Source: an archaeon
GTDB lineage: Archaea; Nanobdellota; Nanobdellia; Pacearchaeales; GW2011-AR1
Direction of reading: 5' to 3'
DNA: 64,000 nt
Assembly (NCBI GenBank): GCA_018697035.1
Contig: JABHSE010000004.1
Location: forward strand, 131,300-195,299
The notes beneath the pieces were generated by a model. The model saw only the letters and a program-made list of their open reading frames with translations. It had not been told where the DNA came from and did no database searches. This document shows positions 1 through 9,049 of this stretch, piece after piece. Both the position numbers and the translations under genes were made by a program. Numbering within the stretch: position 1 is the first letter of the stretch; each line of letters begins with the position of its first letter.

Positions 1-726
1 AGAGATTTGTTAAGCCGTGTAATTTCTGTAAACGTTTTTGAGCATCCACATTTAAAACCTTTACCAGGTATACCTCAGTATACTGTCAACAAAGAATCAG
101 AATCCAAAAAGGACAAGATGTTTGAAAAATCAAAAGACATGCTCTTAGATATATTTAATAGATTTGATGTTGCTTCAACTGTGAGAGCCAAAGATTTTGG
201 TCTCAGTGCATCTGCCGCTGATAAAATATTCAAATTCATTGAACAAGAGCAATTAGTTGACATTATCCGATTGAATTTAACAGGTGGCAGAGGCGGGACT
301 TCAAAATTTTATGTCATCACTAACCCTAAAGGGTATGAGGCGATTTCTAAAACACCACCAAAGAGATCAGGCGGAACAGGGGCAATGCATTTTTTCCTTG
401 AAAGATATTTGAAAAAACATCTTTCCGAAAAAGGGTTCTCTTGTTTGGAGATTGAAAAGAACATTGGGGGAAAGAGAATCGATTTGTTTGGAAAATATAA
501 TGAATTGAAAATTGGAATTGAGATTTGTGTAAGCACTATGAAGTCCGAGTTTATCAATTTTCAAAAAGACCAGGATAAGTGTGAAATCGTTATTATTACA
601 ACACCCGATAAAAAAACAAAAACTAAACTTGATAGTGAACTTATTAAAAAAATTGAACCTAATAAAAAATTAAAAACGTGTGTTGTTCATGAACTTTTAA
701 ATCATCCTGAAAAAATAATCACCTAA
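1..726 (+). CDS. 3' part of a gene running off the left edge: wHTH-like segment plus PD-(D/E)xK-type (Mrr/restriction-endonuclease fold) C-terminal domain
   Basis: The frame is open from base 1 (the track starts at a TTG at 7). The C-terminal ~110 aa (GAMHFFLERYL..GGKRIDLFGKYNELKIGIEICVS..CEIVIITT) align by eye with the C-terminus of the HerA-like ATPase at 34600-36792 (GVVHKFWKHKV..NGRPDIIVFKDGKKVAIEIETGKS..FDEVVCVAV). Confidence 0.5.
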   Translation, partial: RDLLSRVISVNVFEHPHLKPLPGIPQYTVNKESESKKDKMFEKSKDMLLDIFNRFDVASTVRAKDFGLSASAADKIFKFIEQEQLVDIIRLNLTGGRGGTSKFYVITNPKGYEAISKTPPKRSGGTGAMHFFLERYLKKHLSEKGFSCLEIEKNIGGKRIDLFGKYNELKIGIEICVSTMKSEFINFQKDQDKCEIVIITTPDKKTKTKLDSELIKKIEPNKKLKTCVVHELLNHPEKIIT

Positions 727-745
727 TTTTAATGGGAGGTATGCC

Positions 746-2086
746 ATGGCAGGATTTGCAATTAACGCTAACGCAATTAAAAATGAGTTGAATTTGTCAG
801 AAAAAGCAACAGATCAGGCAATGAATGAGAATCCCAAAACCGATGACACGGAACTGGATATCTACCAGCAAAACATTATTGATTCTGTCTCTAGTTCATT
901 AGTTGATTCACGTCATGCGGCCTTGGAAGAATTGAACCGGTTAGACTCAAACCGAAGAAATATTGAAAAAGATATTGAGGGATTTTCTCTTAATCAAATA
1001 TTAGAAACAGCTAAGAATAAAATTATTCGCTTGCGTGCAGAATGGCGTGAGATTTTGGATACTGCCAAACAGGAAGAAGGAGCTGTATTACGTAATTACA
1101 GGTACTTTATCTATCAAAATAAATTAAAAAGAGAAGCCTGCTATCCTGATTCAGCAGTGCTCCATTGGGCTATTATTATTTTAGCTGTCCTTTTGGAATC
1201 GGTCGTTAATAGTTTTTTCTTTGCAAATGCCAGTGATTTGGGGTTACTGGGAGGATTGTTCCAGGCCTTGTTTATTTCTATTTCAAATATTGGTTCAGCC
1301 TTGCTCATGGGCATTTACGTTCTTCCCTATAAAAATCATGTGGACATAAGAAAACAATTTAGAGCTAAAATTGCCACTGCATCTTACATCTTTTTTGTTT
1401 TTTTATTTAATCTGGGTGCGGCCCATTATAGGACATTACTTGAAGATGATCCTTTGAATGCTAAAGTAAACACAATCCCACACCTAATCCAGGACCCTTT
1501 GGGAATCAATTTTGAGGCATGGAATCTGCTGATAATAGGTATGCTGTTTGTTATTGTTGCTTTGTTAAAAGGATACAAGTCGGATGATGTGTACCCTGGA
1601 TTTGGCGATATGCACCGGAATCTCAAGAATGCTTCAAATCATCGCGGCAAAAGAATTGAAGCTATGAAATCAATTAATCGAACCATTGATGAATATAGCA
1701 GACAGGCAGTTTCTTCAGCCCAGAATGCCAGGCAAAAAATTAAAAACTATAAAGACTCTATTTTTCAAGCGGAAGAGGTTGTGTCGATGTTTGCAAAGGA
1801 GTTGGAGTCGGCTGAAAACGTCTGTAATAATGCATTGTGGGAATACCGGAGTGCCAATATGCGTGTAAGAAGCAGCAAGCCACCAACATATTTTTCAAAG
1901 AAGCATTCATTAAGCGAGTATCTGTTAGAAGCTGACCTGTCAGAAGAAAAATCGAACTGCAATAAAATTGAAGCTCTCTTTAATGAAATCCAAAATAATG
2001 AGGAACAAAATCTTCAGGATGGCTTGAGAGCGATCAATGAAAAAGCATTAGAAGATATTACGGAATTTTTTGGAAAAGCAACTTAA
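746..2086 (+). CDS. Integral membrane protein with N- and C-terminal coiled-coil-like regions (about 4 TM helices in the middle); function unknown
   Basis: 446-aa ORF with GGGAGG 6 nt upstream of the ATG. Hydrophobic stretches include AIIILAVLLESVVNSFFF, LFQALFISISNIGSALLMGIYVL, ASYIFFVFLFNLGAA and LLIIGMLFVIVALL. Flanking regions are charged and heptad-like. Confidence 0.6.
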   Translation: MAGFAINANAIKNELNLSEKATDQAMNENPKTDDTELDIYQQNIIDSVSSSLVDSRHAALEELNRLDSNRRNIEKDIEGFSLNQILETAKNKIIRLRAEWREILDTAKQEEGAVLRNYRYFIYQNKLKREACYPDSAVLHWAIIILAVLLESVVNSFFFANASDLGLLGGLFQALFISISNIGSALLMGIYVLPYKNHVDIRKQFRAKIATASYIFFVFLFNLGAAHYRTLLEDDPLNAKVNTIPHLIQDPLGINFEAWNLLIIGMLFVIVALLKGYKSDDVYPGFGDMHRNLKNASNHRGKRIEAMKSINRTIDEYSRQAVSSAQNARQKIKNYKDSIFQAEEVVSMFAKELESAENVCNNALWEYRSANMRVRSSKPPTYFSKKHSLSEYLLEADLSEEKSNCNKIEALFNEIQNNEEQNLQDGLRAINEKALEDITEFFGKAT

Positions 2087-2110
2087 TACAATAATTTTGC
2101 GGAGGTTAAG

Positions 2111-2896
2111 ATGAAAGCATTAAGCAAAGAAAATAAGACAGTTATTGGCTATATTATTATTGGGATTTGCCTTGTTACATTTGGCGCTTTAATTATATCT
2201 GCACTGGCCTTAAAGGGAGAGGCTTATGATCCAGAGACTTTTTGCCTGGATGAAGTTTCTGCGCATACTATGATTGTTTTGGATAAAACCGATTCTTTGA
2301 GCACCAGCCAGCAAAGGGTTATACTTAATTACATTAACAAGGAAAAAGATAAATTAAAAACGTTTGAAAAATTTTCAATTTTTATTCTAACTGAAAATAC
2401 TTATGTGAATCCTGAACCCATATTTTCAAAGTGTAATCCTGGAACCGGGAAAAATGCTAACCAACTTTATCAGAATCCCCGAAAAATACAGATGAGGTTT
2501 GATGAATTCTTTTCTAAACCGCTTAAAGAAAAAATGAACAATATGTTATCTGACAATACCGGGTCGAAATCACCAATTTTTGAAATGATCAGAGAACTAT
2601 CGCTTAGAGATGACTTTGGCGATGATGTTCAAAAAAGAACCCTTATAATCATTTCTGATATGATGCATCACACTTCGAAATACTCTCATTATAAAAATAG
2701 AAGTACTTATGAATATTTTTCTAAAAATTCATATGCATATGAAGTCGGGGCCAACCTGAATGCTGTAAACGTAAAAATTGTTTATCTGTTTCGGGATAAA
2801 TTGGTACCTTTTCAGGGGAAACGGCATTTGTCGTTTTGGAAAGATTATTTTGAAAATATGGGAGCAGAAGTGGCAGAGGTGAGGAAGGTCAGATGA
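2111..2896 (+). CDS. N-terminally membrane-anchored protein with a possible vWA-like (Rossmannoid, MIDAS-like DxTxS) domain
   Basis: 261-aa ORF with a GGAGG RBS and TM helix VIGYIIIGICLVTFGALIISALAL. It continues with a beta-strand plus MIVLDKTDSLS (DxTxS), and later LIIISDMMH. The vWA assignment is a weak by-eye call. Confidence 0.5.
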   Translation: MKALSKENKTVIGYIIIGICLVTFGALIISALALKGEAYDPETFCLDEVSAHTMIVLDKTDSLSTSQQRVILNYINKEKDKLKTFEKFSIFILTENTYVNPEPIFSKCNPGTGKNANQLYQNPRKIQMRFDEFFSKPLKEKMNNMLSDNTGSKSPIFEMIRELSLRDDFGDDVQKRTLIIISDMMHHTSKYSHYKNRSTYEYFSKNSYAYEVGANLNAVNVKIVYLFRDKLVPFQGKRHLSFWKDYFENMGAEVAEVRKVR

Positions 2897-2963
2897 GTGC
2901 CCGTTTAAAACAACTCTGGCAATCAATAGATAATTTTATAAATTCAAAAAGGCTATAAAAAAT

Positions 2964-3176
2964 ATGGAAACCGAATCAATGACAATTGACATAGAAAGAT
3001 TTAATCAACTTCTTCATGATGTTGCCTTGATAAAAGAAATTTTAGTTGCAAATCAAACTAATACAGAGGGCGAGCTCACTGACTGGGTCAAGAAAGAGTT
3101 GGCGGAAGCAAGACAAATTCCTGATTCGGAAAATATTTCTCTTGAAGAGCTTGAGGAACAAATTGTTGCAAGATGA
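2964..3176 (+). CDS. Putative antitoxin (small acidic protein) of a RelE/ParE-type TA pair
   Basis: 70-aa acidic ORF whose stop overlaps the start of the downstream toxin gene (ATGA at 3173-3176). Confidence 0.6.
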   Translation: METESMTIDIERFNQLLHDVALIKEILVANQTNTEGELTDWVKKELAEARQIPDSENISLEELEEQIVAR

Positions 3177-3424
3177 ATTATGAAATTGAAATTGGTCTGA
3201 AGGCTAAAAAAGTCTGTACTAAATTACCAAAGGAGACTGCATTGAGGTTAATGAAAAAATTACGTCAATTAAAAGAGAATCCGTTTCGGTATTTGGAGCA
3301 TTTTGAGGGTGGCGGCTATAAATTTCGTGTTGGTGATTATAGGGCGTTGATTGACGTTGATTTTACCAGAAAGGTTTTGGTTCTGAGAGTTTTGGATAAG
3401 AGGGGCAGAATATATAAGAGATAG
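3173..3424 (+). CDS. RelE/ParE-family type II toxin
   Basis: 83 aa. The C-terminal FRVGDYRALIDVDFTRKVLVLRVLDKRGRIY matches the hallmark (R/K)xGDYR(V/A)Ixxx..xxIxVxxVxxRxxxY pattern of RelE/ParE toxins. It is translationally coupled to the upstream ORF. Confidence 0.8.
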   Translation: MNYEIEIGLKAKKVCTKLPKETALRLMKKLRQLKENPFRYLEHFEGGGYKFRVGDYRALIDVDFTRKVLVLRVLDKRGRIYKR

Positions 3425-3472
3425 TTTTGAAAAAGTATAGGCAATATAAACATCCAATAAAAAGAGAATCAA

Positions 3473-3676
3473 ATGCCAACCAACTCTAAACATATCATTT
3501 TCAATAAAAGGCTCTACTCCATTAAGGAACTGGTTAGCCTCATCGGGGTGACGGAATGGTTCTGGAGAAGTCAGATATGGGATGGCAAGTTACCATTCGT
3601 TCAGGTTGGCAGAAAGATGTTGATTGACAGCAAAGACATTGAAGCATTTATTCAAAAATACAAAATGCACTATTAA
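3473..3676 (+). CDS. Excisionase/AlpA-like helix-turn-helix DNA-binding protein
   Basis: 67 aa. YSIKELVSLIGVTEWFWRSQIWDGKLPFVQVGRKMLIDSKDIEAFI is typical of excisionase-family HTH proteins. It sits directly upstream of the integrase. Confidence 0.7.
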   Translation: MPTNSKHIIFNKRLYSIKELVSLIGVTEWFWRSQIWDGKLPFVQVGRKMLIDSKDIEAFIQKYKMHY

Positions 3677-3731
3677 ATATTTTTTTATTCTTGATTGCAT
3701 AATTCATATATGAGATTCAATTTAAACCTAC

Positions 3732-3746
3732 TTGTGCCCGTCAAGG
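3732..3746. repeat. Left arm of a 15-bp perfect inverted repeat bracketing the integrase gene and tRNA-Phe fragment
   Basis: ttgtgcccgtcaagg at 3732-3746 is the exact reverse complement of ccttgacgggcacaa at 5124-5138. Confidence 0.8.
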
Positions 3747-3768
3747 CAAGACAAGACAAGGAGGTATT

Positions 3769-4872
3769 ATGGGAAGTTTATTTTTAAGAGGTAAAACTTG
3801 GTGGATCAAGTATTATCGCAATGGTAAGTGTTTTCGGGAAAGTAGCGAGAGCACTCTAAAAATGGTCGCAAAGAAAATGTTGGCCAGAAAGGAGGGAGAG
3901 ATAGCCCAGGGAAAGATTCCTGGAATTTTGTTTGATAGGGTGACTTTTGATGAGTTGGCAGAAGAATTCTTGAGAGATTATAGGATTAACCAAAAGAAGT
4001 CGCTACCCAAAGCAAAAAGAAGTGTTCAGCATTTGGGAAAAATCTTTAGGGGATTGAGCGTGACAAGTATAACAACATCAAAGATAAACGCTTTTATAGA
4101 AAACCGGATGCAGTCGGCTTGTGCTGAATGTAAACAAACATTCCCTTATCGAAGGACGTGTCCATACTGTGGTTCTGAGATTGTGAAAAAGGGTGCAGCA
4201 AACGCAACAATCAACCGAGAACTTGCTGCTTTAAAGCGTATGCTTAATCTTGGAGCACAGCAAACACCACCTAAAGTTGATCGTGTTCCTCAAATTAATA
4301 TGCTTAAAGAAAACAATATACGAGAGGGTTTCTTTGAGCATGACGAGTTTTTGGCTGTTCGTAAAAATCTTCCGGGGCATTTGAAACCGGTTGCAACTTT
4401 AGGTTACAGAAGTGGTTGGAGACTTGATGAAATTTTGAGTTTACCCTGGAGTCAGGTGGATAGACATAATGGATGTGCCCATTTGGAAACGGCTGATACC
4501 AAAAATAGTGAGGCCAGAACGATTTATTTTGATGATGAATTAACTGAAGTCTTTGATACGCTTTGGCTGAAGAGGAAGACAATCCGTTGTTTTTGCAAAT
4601 ACGTTTTTGTTAATACTAAAGGTATTGAGCGGATGTATCGGTTTGACAAGGCGTGGAAAACTGCTTGCAATAGGGCAGGGGTCCAAAGACTGTTTCATGA
4701 TTTCCGTCGTACCGCTGTTCGGAATATGGTTAGAGCCGGTGTCCCAGAGGGCGTGGCAATGAAGATAACAGGCCATAAGACTCGGTCTGTGTTTGAAAGA
4801 TATAATATTGTTAATGACAAGGATTTAAGGGAAGCTGCAAAGCGCCAGTCAGTATATCTTTCAGGGCAGTAA
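3769..4872 (+). CDS. Tyrosine recombinase / phage-type integrase with an internal Cys4 zinc-ribbon insertion
   Basis: 367 aa with a GGAGG RBS. Catalytic signature: GYRSGWRLDEIL (Arg), HDFRRTAVRNM (HxxR) and GHKTRSVFERYNI (His..Tyr). Zinc ribbon: CAECKQ..CPYCGSE. Confidence 0.9.
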   Translation: MGSLFLRGKTWWIKYYRNGKCFRESSESTLKMVAKKMLARKEGEIAQGKIPGILFDRVTFDELAEEFLRDYRINQKKSLPKAKRSVQHLGKIFRGLSVTSITTSKINAFIENRMQSACAECKQTFPYRRTCPYCGSEIVKKGAANATINRELAALKRMLNLGAQQTPPKVDRVPQINMLKENNIREGFFEHDEFLAVRKNLPGHLKPVATLGYRSGWRLDEILSLPWSQVDRHNGCAHLETADTKNSEARTIYFDDELTEVFDTLWLKRKTIRCFCKYVFVNTKGIERMYRFDKAWKTACNRAGVQRLFHDFRRTAVRNMVRAGVPEGVAMKITGHKTRSVFERYNIVNDKDLREAAKRQSVYLSGQ

Positions 4873-4883
4873 AAAATTGCCAT

Positions 4884-4901
4884 GGGCACAATTTAGGCAC
4901 A
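4884..4901. repeat. 18-nt perfect direct repeat, copy 1 (putative integrase arm-type site)
   Basis: gggcacaatttaggcaca at 4884-4901 recurs exactly at 5131-5148. The two copies flank the tRNA-Phe fragment. Further GGCAC(A/G) units lie at 5150-5170. Confidence 0.8.
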
Positions 4902-4972
4902 ATGGGGTGTTTTTAAAGCAAAAAAGGTTTTCAAGTGAAACTCGAAAACCCTTGCTGTTACTGGCTTTGTTG

Positions 4973-5020
4973 TGGTGCCCAGGGACAGAATTGAACTGCC
5001 GACACGGGGATTTTCAGTCC
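4973..5020 (-). tRNA. Partial tRNA-Phe(GAA): anticodon loop to CCA end only (att-core-like fragment)
   Basis: The reverse complement reads GGACTGAAAATCCCCGTGTCGGCAGTTCAATTCTGTCCCTGGGCACCA. This gives the anticodon loop CTGAAAA, the T-arm and a 3' acceptor with CCA. No D-arm or 5' acceptor follows. Confidence 0.75.
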
Positions 5021-5130
5021 TAAATTGAAAAAATCGAAATTTTCAATAATTTTAACATGTTGAAATGATTATGTTTTTACTTTTTACTTTTGGTTTTGTT
5101 TGGTAATGTTTGTAAATTTTTGACCTTGAC

Positions 5131-5148
5131 GGGCACAATTTAGGCACA
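5131..5148. repeat. 18-nt direct repeat, copy 2; overlaps the right arm of the 15-bp inverted repeat (5124-5138)
   Basis: Exact match to 4884-4901. 5124-5138 is the exact reverse complement of 3732-3746. Confidence 0.8.
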
Positions 5149-6021
5149 GTAGAGCACATGTTTGGGCACGGGGATTATTAGTCCCCGTGTTTACTAATCA
5201 AGAGCATCAATCATCCAATACAGTAAACATTAAATTATCTATTAAATTCCATCGGGAATCGAACTCCGGTTTCCGGCGTGAGAGGGCAGATAATAATATT
5301 TCTTTATTAGTGATATTGGAACGTATGTACTATTTTATTAGTCTATGCCGTTTTCTTCCTTCCAGTCATCAAAAGGGAACAAGACTGGCGAACTTCCTCG
5401 GATTTAACAGTATCTCAGACCAGTACATAAAATTTTGCATGTGAATAATTAAAAAGTCAAATTAGCTATAAAAGAATAATAGGATTCCGCGAAGCGGTTC
5501 AGTTCATGGTATCAATGAACAGGGTCAATTTACTATCGATTTAGGCTTATGGGCGTTGATAAGATTGGTCGAGAGTACAGTTGTGAATCCAAATTGAAAG
5601 GATAAATTTGAAAATTAAATTTAAAATTAAGAAATTGTTGAAAGATACACTTTTTTGGGCGGTTATATTGGAGTATTCTATATTGCCGGAAGTTCAAAAT
5701 CTTGGTGGTGTTTGCCATTTTAATTGTTTAGAACCAATCTCCAAGAGTATGAGATTTTTGTTTGTAAGGGATCAGTAGCTGTTGTTTTGGATGGATGAAA
5801 TCGGTTGTGAAATTAAAAATACGATCAAAATAAAAAAGCTTGACATGACTTTTTAAGTATGAGAGCTATACGGATAGTGATGAAAAATTCATCATTTTTT
5901 TGGTAACCATTGGAGAACACGCCTATATGAAATAGCCTATGAACGGTTGGACAAATTAACTTGAGATAAGATAGTTGCGTCTCAAGTTTGATTAATTTCC
6001 AACTATAACGGAGGCTATAGC

Positions 6022-6270
6022 ATGAAGATTGACACCAAAGAGATTTTTAACGCTTTTCCCCACCTCGCAAAAAATCCAATTTTAGCTGTATCGATCGCCG
6101 TATTGGTAATCCCTGTTGTAATGCTATGGGCTGCCACAAAATTTGCATCTTCATCTATTGAAGCTATTGTATCTTTTAGCATTCTTGGTGTATGTGCTCT
6201 TGGTTTTGCTGGGTGGGTCTTTTCTTTATTTATGGGAAGATCACGTGAAAATTCCTATGATGACAAATAG
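6022..6270 (+). CDS. Small membrane protein (2 TM helices), unknown function
   Basis: 82 aa with a GGAGG RBS (aacggaggctatagcATG). Hydrophobic segments: ILAVSIAVLVIPVVMLWAA and IVSFSILGVCALGFAGWVFSLF. Confidence 0.55.
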   Translation: MKIDTKEIFNAFPHLAKNPILAVSIAVLVIPVVMLWAATKFASSSIEAIVSFSILGVCALGFAGWVFSLFMGRSRENSYDDK

Positions 6271-6536
6271 TTGTGTCATGCTATGGTCTTTTGGGACCAT
6301 CATAGCAATGCGCCTTTTACAAGGCGAAAGACGTATTGCTATGATGATCGCATTTTGGAGAAATGTTTTATCAAGCCCCTATCCTTCCTTTCTTGTCAAG
6401 CCCAATCGGATAAAGAATTCAATTTCGACCTGTGCCGAATAAGCAGCTGAAAGATAGTCTGCTCTTCCTTCCATTTGATGAAGGCATCCGCTGCACGCTG
6501 GTAATCCTCATAAGTGTTCCAATCAACACATCCATT

Positions 6537-6657
6537 TGTGCTACATGCAAGCCAAGGCATATATATCTATATTGTGCATTTGTGCAAATGTGTGGGTGTG
6601 CATATGCGCAGGAGTGTAAGCATACGGAATGAAAAACATGGAGTGCACAAGTGTGCA
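6537..6657. repeat. Cluster of TGTGCA/TGTGCT hexamers
   Basis: TGTGCA occurs at 6573, 6581, 6597 and 6652. TGTGCT occurs at 6537, and GTGCAC at about 6643, all within about 120 nt. Confidence 0.6.
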
Positions 6658-6740
6658 AATGAAGAAATGGTGGTGTTACAGATACTAAAAAAGGCGGATC
6701 ATACAGACTCCGCCTTTAGGTGTGTTTTTATCCGGGGGAT

Positions 6741-6926
6741 TTATTTCCCGGATTTATGCTTGGTTGGGTCATCCAAGGTAAATTTCTGGCCGGATTTTGG
6801 TGTCGGCGGCAGAGGTTCACCTTTTGTCACGGTTCGCTCTTCATTAGTTTTTCCGCCACGAGGTCCAACGATACCATATTGTCCTGAGCGCGGTGCTTTT
6901 TGTCCGGGTTTAAATGTCTTTTTCAT
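6741..6926 (-). CDS. YjzC-like small protein
   Basis: 61 aa. FKPGQKAPRSGQYGIVGPRGG..VTKGEPLPPTPKSGQKFTL resembles the KPGQKAPxxGxY..G(D/E)xxPxT pattern I recall for YjzC-family proteins. It lies in a locally GC-richer patch. Confidence 0.55.
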   Translation of the reverse strand: MKKTFKPGQKAPRSGQYGIVGPRGGKTNEERTVTKGEPLPPTPKSGQKFTLDDPTKHKSGK

Positions 6927-7001
6927 TTTCTTTATCCTTTAAAACAATCATTGTTAAGTGGGTGGCGGATCAGTCAAGACCCGCCGGTTTTAAATCATCA
7001 G

Positions 7002-7289
7002 TTAATAAGTATGGCTTGTTACAGGATCATGCTTTTTGAGCCATTCCCAAACATCCTTACCGATCCACCCTTGCCGAGATTGCCCGGTGATATCAACGAT
7101 AAAAAGGTTATCATTTTTATCTATCACCGCCAGCAAACGGTCAGACCAAGTTTTAACTGACTCTGCTGAACTGATGAACCAGTAGCTGTCCATTGCTCTG
7201 ATGTAGCCAGGTGCAGTTTTAATTGTGTCGTAAAGATCAGTATAATTCTGACCATCCTTATTCAAGTCGTACGATATGCTCAGTATCAT
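7002..7289 (-). CDS. Hypothetical small alpha/beta protein
   Basis: I place the start at the ATG of MILSISYDLNK (AAGGA about 10 nt upstream) rather than the track start at 7373. No family recognised. Confidence 0.45.
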   Translation of the reverse strand: MILSISYDLNKDGQNYTDLYDTIKTAPGYIRAMDSYWFISSAESVKTWSDRLLAVIDKNDNLFIVDITGQSRQGWIGKDVWEWLKKHDPVTSHTY

Positions 7290-7801
7290 TTTGAACATCC
7301 TTTTTTCCATAAATTGAAGTACAGTTGTCCGCACAGACATTCCGCATGGACATATATGGAAAAGGGTCGCCAAGATATAGGTTCCCCTGAACTCAAGTAA
7401 ACTACGAGCCAGGGGTCATGCTGGTGGTGGTATGTATTGTGTCATCAAGACAGTCCCTCCTTTGTGCATTCTTACACAGCGGAGAAAGCTTGGGGGATTC
7501 CTTCAGTAGTCATATTTTTCTTGACATGGGGTGTCAATATGCTACGCTGAAGGTGCTTATAATCTACCAGCTTTCGGCTGTGTAGCTTTTTATAGAGAAC
7601 CCTTAGCGACCCTTGAACCATCAAGTTTTGTTGAGGGTTTTCTCATTTCTAAACTCTTTATATCATATATTCAGTTTAAAATCAAGCTTAATATGTTTAT
7701 GTGTTGCATCTTTAAAATGTTAGTCAAGTTAACATTTTGTTATAAATTAGGATCACTCAAAAATTTACAAAATGTAAACTTCATTGTATCGAATTATTAT
7801 T

Positions 7802-8203
7802 TTATGACAAAACGTCATCCTCTTGTGACCCCACTTCCGCCGTTGAATGTTCCTGGAGGTTGATCACAGCGATGCCATGTTCTTCCATCCATTCCACACT
7901 GAAGACCTGACTTTCTTCATAGCTTAAATTGTAATAATCTAAAAAAGACTTACCAGAAACAAAATAATTATTTTTTCTCTTAGCAAGTTTTCTTGCACCC
8001 TCCTCATCCTTATTATTTGTAAATTGGAAAGCGATCTGTGTTCTCTCTTTGTCAATAAATAGAACAACATAATCAAAGCCATCAATTTTAAACCTCTTGA
8101 TAGCACCGTTGTTAAACCCTATCTGACCCCGTTTACGAATCGATATCTTGGGGTTAAATGAGCGACCCTGTTGTGTGAATCTTTCGAAATTTTCTAATAC
8201 CAT
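7802..8203 (-). CDS. Hypothetical protein
   Basis: 133-aa ORF with a strong RBS (TAAGGAGGGA upstream of the ATG on the minus strand). No family recognised. Confidence 0.55.
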   Translation of the reverse strand: MVLENFERFTQQGRSFNPKISIRKRGQIGFNNGAIKRFKIDGFDYVVLFIDKERTQIAFQFTNNKDEEGARKLAKRKNNYFVSGKSFLDYYNLSYEESQVFSVEWMEEHGIAVINLQEHSTAEVGSQEDDVLS

Positions 8204-8558
8204 GAGAATATCCCTCCTTATTATATTAGATTTAATTTACATTATAGTGATTCGCACTTGTGTTGTCAAGTTTGTTGACTTACCTATACCCATATATTGA
8301 GTTTGTTCGCTCACGACGAAAAATTGTTCCACATGTTATGAGAAAATCATTCCATACATATGAGGTTTATTCCAATAAAGAATATATTCTTTTTTGGTTT
8401 ACATGCAGTTTAGTTACATCAACTGTTCTTGATATCCGCATTCGGAATCTATAAATAGACATTCCTTATCCACAATTAATTTTTTCATTATGCACCAGAA
8501 CACACCGTCTACGCGAAACATGAATATTTGCTTAATCGAAATTGCAATACTTCCTTTA

Positions 8559-9023
8559 CTAATGTGTATCAAAATCATTATACGGAGTCTTCAAAACAAC
8601 TGACACATATATTTCCAAAAGAGCTTGTCTAATTGGATGCGGTTCATGGACCCAACGAATATCCATCTTTTCAATGCGAGCCTTAGCGTTCTGATACGCT
8701 TGGGAGAATTCAGGATCTGCCAAAAGTTCTTTTCTGATATTTGCACCAGAGTACGAGACCTCTGTATTTCCTGTTGCCTCACGCGCCAACTTAAATGCGA
8801 GAGGACTGTCTTTAGATGATTTCTTTATGTGCCCTCGAAGTCTCGTATTCAATCGACGTTTTGATCTTCCGACATAAAGATAATTATCGTTTTCTGAAAA
8901 AAGATAGACACCTCCTGTTGGTGCACCAACAAGAGGCGTTTCCATGGTCACTGGACTCATATCTAATAGATGTTCCAGTTTCTCATGCACCTCGGATAAA
9001 TATTTTGTAAATTCTGAATCCAT
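8559..9023 (-). CDS. GIY-YIG nuclease-domain protein
   Basis: 154 aa. GGVYLFSENDNYLYVGRSKRRLNTRLRGH matches the GIY..YIG..R..H core. It begins 26 nt downstream of the HTH-GTPase gene on the same strand. Confidence 0.75.
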   Translation of the reverse strand: MDSEFTKYLSEVHEKLEHLLDMSPVTMETPLVGAPTGGVYLFSENDNYLYVGRSKRRLNTRLRGHIKKSSKDSPLAFKLAREATGNTEVSYSGANIRKELLADPEFSQAYQNAKARIEKMDIRWVHEPHPIRQALLEIYVSVVLKTPYNDFDTH

Positions 9024-9049
9024 AACAATATTTCAAAACCTCCACCAAT

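Noticed and set aside
5160-5290. Additional tRNA-like pieces: the hairpin cacggggattattagtccccgtg, resembling the tRNA-Phe anticodon arm, and a GGAGTTCGATTCCC T-loop-like segment on the minus strand.
   Set aside because: Neither folds into a cloverleaf. The T-stem pairs at only 2 of 5 positions, the anticodon stem is non-complementary, and there are no acceptor strands. They are probably degenerate att or tRNA debris and are not reported as genes.
5187-5444. 85-aa GTG-start ORF in the gap after the integrase module.
   Set aside because: It has no RBS, overlaps the tRNA-like debris and has an implausible composition.
6143-6942. Overlapping ORFs of 66-142 aa on both strands around the TGTGCA cluster.
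   Set aside because: They are mutually overlapping, lack RBSs and give Cys/His-rich nonsense-like products. Only the YjzC-like ORF (6741-6926, minus) has family-level support.
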